A stretch of DNA of 64,000 nt, from the NCBI GenBank assembly GCA_963708075.1, contig OY970194.1, forward strand, positions 1,984,001 to 2,048,000, in the 5' to 3' direction. The DNA comes from Sedimentisphaerales bacterium. Lineage in GTDB: Bacteria; Planctomycetota; Phycisphaerae; Sedimentisphaerales; Anaerobacaceae. The notes below the pieces were generated by a model. It saw nothing but the letters and a program-made list of their open reading frames with translations. It had not been told where the DNA came from and did no database searches. Shown here piece by piece: positions 48,811 to 58,460 of this stretch. Both the position numbers and the translations under genes were made by a program. The stretch's first letter is position 1. Each line of letters begins with the position of its first letter.

Positions 48811-49963
48811 ATTCAGACGTTTCTCCCCCGAGGATCTTACGGTAGTATTGCTCATATTGGGACATCATGCGAGACAACGCGAACTTATCAGCCGCAATTC
48901 TCCGGCCGTGTTCGCCCATTTCTCGGGCCCTACCGGGATCGTCGAGCATGAAGATGATCCCGGCTGCCAGGGCTTCCGCATCAGCAGGAGGAACCAAGAG
49001 GCCGTTTACGCCGTGCTCAACTACCTCAGGGAGACCGCCTACGGACGAAGCAACAACCGCCTTACCCAGCATCAGCGACTCGATGCCCCCCCCCGGCAGG
49101 CCCTCCCAAAGTGAAGGCATGATAGTGAACTCGCTGATATCGATAAATGTGGAGACATCCTCATGCTCCCCGCAGAAGATGACATTCTTCTCCAGGCCCA
49201 GCCTGCAGACATGGTTCCACAGTGTGTCCCTGCTTTCTCCGTCACCCACAAACAAGACAACGAAGTCAGGCCGAACTTGTATTACGCTCCTCAGAGCTTG
49301 GATCAAGTAGACGTGACCCTTCTGTTCGGACAAGCGCCCCACGACCGTCCCCACAACGACCTGCTCATTAAGACCTAGACTTGACCGGAGCTTCGCCTGT
49401 TCGTGATGAGTTGAATGCTGAATATCAGTCCCATTGTATATCACAGTTGTGCGTCCAAGGGCTATACCGAAGAAAGTGCTCAAGTTCTTCCTCACACCCT
49501 CTGAGACTGCAACTATGTTCCTGCCGAAAAACGCCCGTGTGTACCTCTTATCATGAAACACGTTCCTGGCAGAGTATACGACTGTCGATCTCGCGAGAGG
49601 CTTTAATAGACAACTGAACATCGCTGTCAGACGATCGTTGCAGTGGATCAAATCAATGCCGTGCTCCCGAACACACCTGAGCAGTCCGGCGTAAGCTGCC
49701 GATGCGTGCAGCAACGTGTGGCGAAACGGGATTCTCACGTGTTTCACGTTTCTCTTTTCCAACTCTCTGACGACACGGCATGACGGCTCGTCATCAGATC
49801 CGAGCCAAACGCCACCAGAGAGTCCGGCGAAATGTACTGCCATCTGGAAGGTGCGTTTCTGAGCTCCACCGGCAAAAAGAGTGCTGTCCGACGAACACCT
49901 TGCCGGGACCAACTGAGAATATAGGTACAGAATACGGCAGTCAGAGAAGCTTGACACAGTCAT
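48785..49963 (-). CDS. Glycosyltransferase family 4
   Basis: GRLSEQKGH, VGDGE, PSLWEGLP...ESL, VGGLPEVV. Confidence 0.92.
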   Translation of the reverse strand: MTVSSFSDCRILYLYSQLVPARCSSDSTLFAGGAQKRTFQMAVHFAGLSGGVWLGSDDEPSCRVVRELEKRNVKHVRIPFRHTLLHASAAYAGLLRCVREHGIDLIHCNDRLTAMFSCLLKPLARSTVVYSARNVFHDKRYTRAFFGRNIVAVSEGVRKNLSTFFGIALGRTTVIYNGTDIQHSTHHEQAKLRSSLGLNEQVVVGTVVGRLSEQKGHVYLIQALRSVIQVRPDFVVLFVGDGESRDTLWNHVCRLGLEKNVIFCGEHEDVSTFIDISEFTIMPSLWEGLPGGGIESLMLGKAVVASSVGGLPEVVEHGVNGLLVPPADAEALAAGIIFMLDDPGRAREMGEHGRRIAADKFALSRMMSQYEQYYRKILGGETSEYACGCCPK

Positions 49964-51168
49964 GTACGATCACGCACAGTGTGGTAGTATTCTGCCAAAG
50001 CGAGAAGCATCCACGCTTGGAACTCAATATAGGGAATCGGGTTTCTCCAAAGCCATGTGATCTCGCTACAGTATATGCGCCCCTTCCTCATGTGCTCCTG
50101 GGTCCAGTTCAGAACCTTGGCCATGAAGGACAAATTCTCCGGGTCAATATGAGAGTGTTTTGAGAAGAGCACGACAGCCATGGCACAATCACGAAGGTCG
50201 ACCCGCTGAAATAAGGACGAATTCGTCGGACGAAAGCCCGAAACGTAGCGGCGGGGTTTGATGGAATCCGTACTAGGCTCCTCAAAGAGATGAGAGCGGT
50301 AGAAAGCCATCCCCTTCTTGAGGGATGACCGTATCGTTTTGGATTCCGTGCACGTCGATATGTCCAGCAGGGCCTCCAAAATATACGCGGTGTGGAACCC
50401 ATCGACATGATGGCTGTGGCGCCCTTCTCCGTTGAACCACCAACCGTCGGCGTTCTGCTTACTGCAGATGAAGTCGATTCCACCGGCTCCGAGCTCTCTC
50501 ATCGTGGAATGCTCCAACATAACACCAGCTCTGACCAGGAACGCGCTAATCACGGCGCTCGCGTTGTAGACGCGAAAGGGTAGTGTCGGTTCGTAGTAGA
50601 AGTAGATACCGTCCTCTCCCTCATCGCGCGGGTGCTCCCTCACGAAGTACTCCGCTATCTCTGTAGCTGCTTCCAGGTACTCTTGCCTGTGCAACGCCGT
50701 CCACGCATCCAGGAACAAATGCCCAGCTCGAGCCGTGCACAGTGGCGACACTCCATCTTCGGCAGCCCGGTACAATCGGGTGTACACCTTCTTGTTCTGG
50801 CGAATGGCAAAATGCTTCAATGCAGGGGCCCGAAGTTCACCAAGCCGAGAGACATTGACACGAAAGGCATCCAAGAACCGGGCGTCTCCGTATTGCTGCC
50901 ACAGCCGCAGGTAGGCTTTGGCGAGCAGGACTGTGGCCTTAGGATTGATGGCATGTGGGTGACAACCCAGCAACGACCGGAAGTCGAGCGGCGATAATCG
51001 AAACAGCTGACGCCACGCCACACCAAGAACGGGCCATCTCCCACACAAGGTGTCCACAGCCGAGCAACTCGGGAGCGAATTTACGGAGTAGTAAGTATAG
51101 TCTCGTGCTGCCAACCAATCATGAAGATCGGTTATATCACGCGGGACTTGATCTCGCGCCGTTTGCAT
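49960..51168 (-). CDS. EPS-locus hypothetical protein, probable (alpha/alpha)-barrel fold
   Basis: VYNASA, QNADG.W, HVDGFHTAYILEAL, QAWMLLAL; ATGA overlap with the downstream GT4. Confidence 0.6.
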   Translation of the reverse strand: MQTARDQVPRDITDLHDWLAARDYTYYSVNSLPSCSAVDTLCGRWPVLGVAWRQLFRLSPLDFRSLLGCHPHAINPKATVLLAKAYLRLWQQYGDARFLDAFRVNVSRLGELRAPALKHFAIRQNKKVYTRLYRAAEDGVSPLCTARAGHLFLDAWTALHRQEYLEAATEIAEYFVREHPRDEGEDGIYFYYEPTLPFRVYNASAVISAFLVRAGVMLEHSTMRELGAGGIDFICSKQNADGWWFNGEGRHSHHVDGFHTAYILEALLDISTCTESKTIRSSLKKGMAFYRSHLFEEPSTDSIKPRRYVSGFRPTNSSLFQRVDLRDCAMAVVLFSKHSHIDPENLSFMAKVLNWTQEHMRKGRIYCSEITWLWRNPIPYIEFQAWMLLALAEYYHTVRDRT

Positions 51169-51257
51169 CAGTTGAGGTAGCTTGAATTCGATGTACGACT
51201 CACGCCACAGAAGATGATCTGCTCGGCCGGCAGATCGCGACGCTGTTGGTCGGCCGG

Positions 51258-52070
51258 CTACAGCTTCTCCATATCGGCTCTCAGGAGTGCCATCAGGACG
51301 ACGTCCCTGGCTTGTCCCTTAACGAACACGGCCTGCCGGGCATACCCTTCAAACGTGAAACCGAGGGATTGATTCAGGGCGATATTGACCTGGTTCACAT
51401 CGAGCGTGCGCAGGTAGATGCGATTCAGTTGCAGATTCTCAAATCCATACGTAACGGCGATGCGTGTGGCCTTTCGCGCGTATCCTTTGCCCCTTTCGGA
51501 AGGGTCTCCTATCATCTTGACGAGCTCGGCCTGGCGGATCTGCCGGTCGATATTCGTAAGGCCCACCAATCCGATCACCTGCTGGTCGCTGTTCCTGCAG
51601 AGGCATAGAAACGCCTCCCGGCCGCCCTCATGATCCGCAATCCAGTCACTGCCGAGCAGGGATTCCAGGGTGTTGATGGACAGGTCCGCCGATACGGCCC
51701 GATCCGTTCGCCACCGGGCCAGCGTCTGCTTGTCGGCATCTGTGGGCCAGCGAACGTAGATGCGCTCATCCAGGTCGGCTCGGCCTTGAGTGGAAAGCAC
51801 CTGGGCCTCAGACGACATCGGTACGAACTTGGACTCGGCCGAAAGCGCCTGCGCCGAGGGCTCGTCATTCTGCCCCCCCCGGTCGCCGTCCTGAAGCTTG
51901 AGGATCTCTTCAAGGAACTCATTGGCCAGATCCACGATCTCGCACCAGTGGCATCCCTTTGCTGCAAGCTGCCTGACCAGGCTGGCGGCGATGGTCTGGA
52001 AAAGGCGTTCCTGTATCAACCGCTTTGTCTCTGTATTTGCGACTCTTGTCACGAGAACACTCGTCTCCAC
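51258..52070 (-). CDS. GNAT N-acetyltransferase (RimJ/RimL-like) with extra N-terminal helical domain
   Basis: RGKGYA, YGFENLQLNRIYL, N...IALNQSLGF.FEG. Confidence 0.85.
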   Translation of the reverse strand: METSVLVTRVANTETKRLIQERLFQTIAASLVRQLAAKGCHWCEIVDLANEFLEEILKLQDGDRGGQNDEPSAQALSAESKFVPMSSEAQVLSTQGRADLDERIYVRWPTDADKQTLARWRTDRAVSADLSINTLESLLGSDWIADHEGGREAFLCLCRNSDQQVIGLVGLTNIDRQIRQAELVKMIGDPSERGKGYARKATRIAVTYGFENLQLNRIYLRTLDVNQVNIALNQSLGFTFEGYARQAVFVKGQARDVVLMALLRADMEKL

Positions 52071-52075
52071 TCACA

Positions 52076-53050
52076 TTACTGGCGCGACTGACTGCCGAAG
52101 GAGCGCAGCCGGGCGTAACGTCTCTTGAGAAGCTCGGATGTTTCATATCGGCAGAGCATGTCAAACGTTCTGTACGCATACTCCCGTAAATGACGGGCCG
52201 CTCGCGCAGGATCGCGATGCGCTCCTCCCAGGGGCTCCGGAATGATGTCGTCAACGAAGGCCAGCCCGACGGCATCGGCGCTGGTCAGCCTCAGCGCGGA
52301 CGCCGTCGTTGGTGCATCTTCACCATTGCCGCCAAGAATCGCGGCACAACCTTCCGGCGATATCACGGAGTAGTAGGCATACTGCATCATAGCCACCCGA
52401 TCACCCACGCCGATGCCCATGGCTCCCCCGGAACCACCCTCGCCGATGCAAATGACAAGGATAGGGACCCGCAGCCGTGACATCTCGCGCAGACTGCACG
52501 CGATGGCGCTCGCCTGTCCGCGAGCCTCAGCCTCGATGCCCGGGTAAGCGCCGGGCGTATCCACCACAGACAATATGGGCACGCCGAACTTGTCGGCGAT
52601 CTTCATCTTAGCGAGTGCCTTCCGATACCCTTCGGGGTATGCGCACCCGAAGTGGCAGCGCGCCTTCTCGGCAGGGGTTCGTCCCTTGTCATGACCGACA
52701 ACCAAGATCCTCCTACCGGCGATGCGTCCGAATCCGGCGACAATGGCCGGGTCGTCGCCAAAGCACCGGTCTCCGTGCAACTCGACGAAATCCTTCACAA
52801 AAGCCTCCATGTAGTCGCGCAGCGCAGGACGCTGAGGATGGCGAGCGATCTGCACAACGTCCCACGCATCCAGATCCTCGCAGAACAACTGCAATAGCCG
52901 ATCGTGGTTGGAGCGAAGACGCTTGATGCCCAGACAATCCCTCTCTCGTTCCTGCTCCAGAAGAGTTTCGAGTCTCTTTATCTTACTTTCGAGACGTCCC
53001 AAGGCGGCCCCCGTCGAGGGTCTTTGACCTGTGTGCATCCTGTTGTCCAT
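52076..53050 (-). CDS. accA: Acetyl-CoA carboxylase carboxyltransferase alpha subunit homolog
   Basis: VQIARHPQRP, ELHGDR.FGDD.AI, PEGYRKA, DTPGAYPG..AE.RGQ, GEGGSGGA, YSVISPEGCAAIL, IPEPLGGAHRD. Confidence 0.92.
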   Translation of the reverse strand: MDNRMHTGQRPSTGAALGRLESKIKRLETLLEQERERDCLGIKRLRSNHDRLLQLFCEDLDAWDVVQIARHPQRPALRDYMEAFVKDFVELHGDRCFGDDPAIVAGFGRIAGRRILVVGHDKGRTPAEKARCHFGCAYPEGYRKALAKMKIADKFGVPILSVVDTPGAYPGIEAEARGQASAIACSLREMSRLRVPILVICIGEGGSGGAMGIGVGDRVAMMQYAYYSVISPEGCAAILGGNGEDAPTTASALRLTSADAVGLAFVDDIIPEPLGGAHRDPARAARHLREYAYRTFDMLCRYETSELLKRRYARLRSFGSQSRQ

Positions 53051-53200
53051 ATCAAATGGCAGCCAAGTACTCCTGATGCCAATTCCACCAACAGCCGATG
53101 GACCTGCAATCGGCCAGCAGAGACCGCAAAATCACATAATTCTGCTCGCGTGCAGCCCTACTGCCATGGATATGACACTTGCTCCTACACACCGGGATTC

Positions 53201-54280
53201 CTACTTCTCCAGGAGATCTCGGTAGATGCCCATCAGTCTGTCTGCCACGGACGAGGCGAGGAACCGGCGGCGGGCATACTCCCTGTTATATGCACCGATT
53301 GCCTGTGCCTCCCCCGGGTCGTCGAGCAGGCGTTCAAGGAACCCGGCAAGCACTATCGGAGATGGACTATCGGTGGCATAGCCCATTTTCCCGTGTTCAA
53401 AGAAGTCGGACATCGCCCCCACTGAAGTCGTCACGACAGGTAACCCCGCCGCCATGGCCTCCAACACGGTCAGAGGCATGCCTTCTGTATGAGACGGGAA
53501 CAGGTAGCAATCTGAGGATTCGAAGGCCGCCCGCTTTGCATCGCCCTGAAGGTAACCGGTAAACGTCACATCCGGTACCTGATGGGCAGCGATATATGTT
53601 CGACAGCCATCGAGTTCGCTTCCGTCTCCGGCAACCGTCAAGACAGCCCGCGGATGCCTCGTCCTGACGATACGATACGCGTCAATGGCCTCGTAGACCC
53701 CTTTGGGCTTTTCAATTCTTGTCAAGAAGAGAATCCTGAACGGATCGCCGGGACGCCGCCGAATGCCGGTCGAAGGACGGCACTCCAGAAAGAACGAATC
53801 ATCTACGGCTGTCGTTTCGACATAGATCGGCCCTCTGTAGCCCATCTCGGTCAGGCGGTCCCGGAAGGCGTTGGCCAGCACGATGAAGGCATCCGCTCGA
53901 AAGAAGACCTTCCGAAATAACCACAGATATCTCTCTCGAACGACCTTCTCGTAACCAGGATTCCAGCCGTGGTTGAATATGAGCACCTTCCTCCCGAGGG
54001 CCTTGGCGATGAGCAACAGGAGCCCATCCCGTAGCAGCGCTCTGCTGCCCAAAGAAGGGTTCAGATGGACGATGTCGGGTTCCCGCTCGCGCAGCACCCG
54101 ATAGAACTGTATGAAGTCGCCCAAGGATCTGCAGATGCGTTCTCGAAAGGGTCCCGATGCCGCTCGCCGCCCAACAGTGAAGTAATCCGCCGAGGATTTC
54201 ACGTGATCCTGCAGAATTCTGTAGAATGCTGCCACTCCACCACCTAAGCGAAGATCGGGTGTGCTGATAAGGACTCTCAT
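53201..54280 (-). CDS. Glycosyltransferase family 4
   Basis: RIEKPKGV, AGDGSE, FPSHTEGMPLTVLEAMAAGLPVV. Confidence 0.93.
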   Translation of the reverse strand: MRVLISTPDLRLGGGVAAFYRILQDHVKSSADYFTVGRRAASGPFRERICRSLGDFIQFYRVLREREPDIVHLNPSLGSRALLRDGLLLLIAKALGRKVLIFNHGWNPGYEKVVRERYLWLFRKVFFRADAFIVLANAFRDRLTEMGYRGPIYVETTAVDDSFFLECRPSTGIRRRPGDPFRILFLTRIEKPKGVYEAIDAYRIVRTRHPRAVLTVAGDGSELDGCRTYIAAHQVPDVTFTGYLQGDAKRAAFESSDCYLFPSHTEGMPLTVLEAMAAGLPVVTTSVGAMSDFFEHGKMGYATDSPSPIVLAGFLERLLDDPGEAQAIGAYNREYARRRFLASSVADRLMGIYRDLLEK

Positions 54281-54286
54281 ATCGAT

Positions 54287-55216
54287 CTAAAGACGCGACA
54301 CTCCCTGGCAGCTACATCCGACTCTGGCAAGCAGCCGCTTGATCAGGCTCCAAAGCCCCGAAGCCTGCACGATTGCCTTGTGAATGCCGGCATCATCGGC
54401 GATCCCCAGATTGGGCAGTGTGAACAGGTCGGTGTCGGGCGTGACCCATCCCGGCGCTGTGGTCCTGCACGTCGTGTAGCCGGCATCGGCGATCCATTCT
54501 CGTGATCGCTCATCCGCACTGCCATCGGGCAGAGCGAAGTGCTCGACGGGCTCGCCCAGCAAAGTCGTAAGCCGCCTGCGCGATTCGACGCACTCCCACC
54601 GTCCGACTTCATCTGAGCACTGCTGCAGCAGCGGATGGAAAGTGGTATGCGAGCCGATCTGCGCACCTGCCTCGATCAAAGCGAGCAGGTGCCGTCTCGA
54701 CAAAGCAGCCGCAGAACCATATTCCTTTTCATCCGTATGTCCATACTCTCTCCACAAGAGATTACGGCGCTCGGAATCGGAAAGGCATTTGACCTTCCGC
54801 ATCACGGACCCACCATGAGGCAACAAGTCAAACCAAAATGCGCGGCATGTATCAACGACCCCCGCAACCGCGTAAATCACCGCAGGGACCTTGTACTGCT
54901 TCAAGACGTCCAATAATTCAATGTTGCCGATGTGCCCGTCATCCAGCGTTACCAGAAGAGGCTTAGGAGGCAAGAATGAGAAATCCCTCGTCCGCAACGC
55001 CCTCGCGATATCCCCGATACCGACAAACGAATACAGCCGGCTGAATGCCTTCATATGACAGGCAAACACCTCGCGTGCAGGGTTGTGGTAGTTGATAATC
55101 GTGACCCTGTGGCGGGCGTACACCTCGCGCAGGAACCAGGGAACACCTGTTGCCCGCAACCCAAGACAGAAGACATCGTGCCATGTGGCCATACCGCTAT
55201 TCTGCCTGCCCTGCAT
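54287..55216 (-). CDS. Polysaccharide deacetylase (NodB/CE4 family)
   Basis: INYH, VTLDDG, IGSHTTFHP.L, FALPDG. Confidence 0.88.
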   Translation of the reverse strand: MQGRQNSGMATWHDVFCLGLRATGVPWFLREVYARHRVTIINYHNPAREVFACHMKAFSRLYSFVGIGDIARALRTRDFSFLPPKPLLVTLDDGHIGNIELLDVLKQYKVPAVIYAVAGVVDTCRAFWFDLLPHGGSVMRKVKCLSDSERRNLLWREYGHTDEKEYGSAAALSRRHLLALIEAGAQIGSHTTFHPLLQQCSDEVGRWECVESRRRLTTLLGEPVEHFALPDGSADERSREWIADAGYTTCRTTAPGWVTPDTDLFTLPNLGIADDAGIHKAIVQASGLWSLIKRLLARVGCSCQGVSRL

Positions 55217-55859
55217 TCTCTATCGCACCGATAATCTGTTCTGCCTCAGGCAGATTGGTCAATCGGCGGACCTTCATGTGCCAGACTCCGCCCGCCCAGC
55301 GCCATTGCTTCACCTCGGCAACCCGCTGAAACCCGTACTTCTCCCAGTTGCGAATCGCATAACGATTCTCGGGAATGATGAAGACCGTTGGCACCTTCCC
55401 TGCTTCCGTCTGAGCCAAGCGAGCAGCGTTCAGCTTCTGCCCCGTCTTCTGGCCGCGATAGGCCGGACAGACGAAGAGATTTTTGAAGATGACATAATTG
55501 TCCGGGATGGAAAGCCTTCCGGATGGCCCCCACCGATATTCCCCCTTTCTCTGGATCCAAGCATATCCAGCGATCTTCCCTTCGATTTCAGCGTACAACC
55601 CCTGAGAACCATCGCCAAGTAGTTCATGCAACAGACGACCCGTGTCCGGTTCTACTTGGCCGGACAGCAGCGCCGCGTCTATTCTCTCTTTATCAAGAGA
55701 TTTCACTGATGAATCAGAGAAGGCGAATCCCCGGAAGTCCATTATGAGTAGCACCAACTGATGATCGCTTCTATACACGCAACGCAGAGCAGCAAGCCAA
55801 ATTTGACGTACGCTCGCAAAGACACCGTATAACCGGACTCGTTCCTTTAGCCGAAGCAT
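55197..55859 (-). CDS. GNAT family acetyltransferase
   Basis: FVCPAYRGQKTG and N..AIR..EKYGF acetyl-CoA binding motifs. Confidence 0.8.
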   Translation of the reverse strand: MLRLKERVRLYGVFASVRQIWLAALRCVYRSDHQLVLLIMDFRGFAFSDSSVKSLDKERIDAALLSGQVEPDTGRLLHELLGDGSQGLYAEIEGKIAGYAWIQRKGEYRWGPSGRLSIPDNYVIFKNLFVCPAYRGQKTGQKLNAARLAQTEAGKVPTVFIIPENRYAIRNWEKYGFQRVAEVKQWRWAGGVWHMKVRRLTNLPEAEQIIGAIENAGQAE

Positions 55860-55867
55860 ATTAGGCC

Positions 55868-56980
55868 CTATTCAGAAGTCTCTGCGCTGGAGTCTGACGA
55901 TCGTTTGGCCGTGGCCTTTATTTTGCGGTACATCGCCTTGAATCTTTCTCTCCAATGCAGGTGGTATTGTACAAAGAGGTATGCCGGAAGCGAGTGGTTC
56001 CCCAAAAGAAAGATATCATTCCTTCTCACCTCATGATCAGGCGACCAACTCAGTTTGTAGTCATACACACCCGCCATGAAGTCCAAGTTTCGAAATCCTT
56101 TCTCGATCAGATCTCTGATCACATAGCCAATGCTGATCAAGCCAGGCGAGTACTTGGCCCAGCCCACGTCGTAATTCGTACTCCAATCATAAAATATCTT
56201 ATTATGGATAAGCCCGATTCGGTAGGCAATGAGATCTTCGCCGGTCGTCAAAGCGTAGAGGGCCATTTGACCACGGTCGAATAAACCAGCATAGGCATGC
56301 TCGGCACACGTCATGTAGTCTGCACTTCTGCTGGGACGATCGTCTACCGCCCAACGCTTTCTCTGGACGCACTTTATGCGGCTGAACCAAGACATGAACT
56401 CTTTCTTGCCCGTCACCAGTTCGACACGAATATTATGATCTCCTTCCAGCAACCTCATCTTCTTGCGCGTCTGTCTTCGCCTGTTGTGACTCAGCTTGTC
56501 AAGATACTCTTCCCAGCCCGCAGCGCGGATGTCTGCGACAATGTTCTGGGAGAATGACTTCCGTGCCTCCCCCTTTGAACAGAGGAACCCATGCAGCGGA
56601 GAATGATCATTCACCGGACCTATGTATGCAGCCTGGAACGAGTCCCATTTCACGACATAGTCGTATATCGAGTCCATCACACGGGCTTGGCCCTCCTGGG
56701 GGATAATGAAGGAATAGAAGTCACCGAAATTGGCGGGAAACGAGCGCAGGACACGTATGCCAACGTGACGCTCAATGCAAAGGGGCGCGATGCCCATTGC
56801 TTTCCCGTTGTCATCGAGGGCCATCACGACATGCAGTCGGCGTTTCCCTCGCAGGTACTTCCACCAGGTTGCACACCAGTGGTAGGTACTTTGCGGAAAG
56901 ACATCGGCTTCCCCCTCCAGTCTCTCCCATTCGGCCTTGAGGAATGGGTCGTCGATATCTTCTACAATACGAATCTTCAT
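55868..56980 (-). CDS. GNAT acetyltransferase, CelD/BcsL (FemAB-like) family
   Basis: FPQSTYHW...W, GIAPL, WEEYL..LS...R, YSPGL, LDFMAG.YDYK. Confidence 0.85.
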   Translation of the reverse strand: MKIRIVEDIDDPFLKAEWERLEGEADVFPQSTYHWCATWWKYLRGKRRLHVVMALDDNGKAMGIAPLCIERHVGIRVLRSFPANFGDFYSFIIPQEGQARVMDSIYDYVVKWDSFQAAYIGPVNDHSPLHGFLCSKGEARKSFSQNIVADIRAAGWEEYLDKLSHNRRRQTRKKMRLLEGDHNIRVELVTGKKEFMSWFSRIKCVQRKRWAVDDRPSRSADYMTCAEHAYAGLFDRGQMALYALTTGEDLIAYRIGLIHNKIFYDWSTNYDVGWAKYSPGLISIGYVIRDLIEKGFRNLDFMAGVYDYKLSWSPDHEVRRNDIFLLGNHSLPAYLFVQYHLHWRERFKAMYRKIKATAKRSSDSSAETSE

Positions 56981-56983
56981 AGT

Positions 56984-58459
56984 TCAGCGTGTTCCTATGT
57001 GCTGCCAATCATATGCCGGACGATTGTAGCCAGGCCGGCCACCACTTCCCCTCGTTTGCTTCGCGTGAAGAACGCCGATGGCCAACAAGAGGAAGTAAAC
57101 AAATGTCGTCAACTCGCCCGCGATCATAAATATGCCGTAAGCGAGGGACAGGAAAAGCACTACGAAGGTGAAGCAGACCATGCTCAGGTAATAGGACCTC
57201 CAGAAAGGATCTGACTCCCACCTGGCCAGACGCCGGAGAAAAATGAAAAGGTATGCATAGAAGCCCAGCCAGATCGCCGCGCCCAGGAATCCCACCTGCA
57301 GAAGGAGCCAGGAGAAACCCGTCTCCCCGTAGAGGATGCCAACTTCAGCAAAGCCCCCTCCGTAAGCAGTCCCATGGGTATCCGTTGCCTTGTCGCGACC
57401 TACGCCGGAAAAACGCGATTTCATAAAATGACCCGGTCCCAAACCCAGTATGGCAGCCACCGGGTCCTGTGCAACAGTCTCTATGGAACGCACAGTCGTT
57501 GAGTACCGCCCAGTCGTATAGTCACCTTGGGGTGTTGTGCGGGCATTTCCCAGCACAGCGTAGGAATAGAGGTGATCGGGGTCAAAAGAGCCACCGATCT
57601 CTCGTTCCGGCGTGAGCGTAGGACTGAGGCGCACACCTGCATAGAAAGCCACCGCACCGATCAAGCCCGCGAGGACATACAGATGGATGGGAATCCGCCA
57701 CCGCCCGGTAACAAACCTGTTTGCATTCAGCACCGCAAAGAGGCATGTCAGCGGAACCACGATGAAAATGGCGCGCTTTCCACCCATCAGACCGAAGGCG
57801 GTGAATGCCACGATTCCCAAGAGAAACCACGCGGAGCGACGGTACGTGCAGAAGTAGGTCAGGAAGAATCCCACAGCGATCATCGGAATCGCCGTGGAGT
57901 TTCCCCCCCCATGTGTGGCGTATGTGCCGATGGTCGATTCACCGACACCGTAGCTGGGTAACTTGACTGCCGCCACCGGAATTTGGATCAAGAACAGGAT
58001 TGCCAACACTCGCAAGTACCAGCGGAGTTCGCGCTCCGGCACGTTGAATTGGATCAACGCCCAGAACATCACATAGAAACGCAGCAGAATTCGCAGGAAG
58101 AGGATAACCTCAAAGATGGACGGATGAGCCCATGCGGCGGAGAGGGCCGTTGTTCCCACAAAACCGGCCACGAGCAGCAGACCCACAGGCTTGGTCCGCG
58201 GGGCCCCCCTCTTCGCCAGCGACGCGGCGAATAGCAGAGCGATCACCAGTTCCGGAACGAAATTGACTGCATCGGGGAGCAGACCATAGTCAATCAGACT
58301 TCCAGCGAAGAAGAAGATGAAGAGCATCGCCCCCAGGGCCAAACGCAAAACCTGGACTTGCGCGGTAGCCCGGCCAGGGATGCCCCCATGATGGCAGCGA
58401 AGGTGAGCCGGGCCGACGGTCGCGTATGCACCAAGAGGCGAATATGCTTGTGGCAGCAC
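56984..58459 (-). CDS. Polytopic membrane protein, probable Wzy polymerase / O-antigen-ligase-like
   Basis: About 10-12 hydrophobic helices, GGKRA, periplasmic loop with GR and LGLGPG, Q.GFLG motif; inside the GT cluster. Confidence 0.7.
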   Translation of the reverse strand: MLPQAYSPLGAYATVGPAHLRCHHGGIPGRATAQVQVLRLALGAMLFIFFFAGSLIDYGLLPDAVNFVPELVIALLFAASLAKRGAPRTKPVGLLLVAGFVGTTALSAAWAHPSIFEVILFLRILLRFYVMFWALIQFNVPERELRWYLRVLAILFLIQIPVAAVKLPSYGVGESTIGTYATHGGGNSTAIPMIAVGFFLTYFCTYRRSAWFLLGIVAFTAFGLMGGKRAIFIVVPLTCLFAVLNANRFVTGRWRIPIHLYVLAGLIGAVAFYAGVRLSPTLTPEREIGGSFDPDHLYSYAVLGNARTTPQGDYTTGRYSTTVRSIETVAQDPVAAILGLGPGHFMKSRFSGVGRDKATDTHGTAYGGGFAEVGILYGETGFSWLLLQVGFLGAAIWLGFYAYLFIFLRRLARWESDPFWRSYYLSMVCFTFVVLFLSLAYGIFMIAGELTTFVYFLLLAIGVLHAKQTRGSGGRPGYNRPAYDWQHIGTR

Positions 58460-58460
58460 G

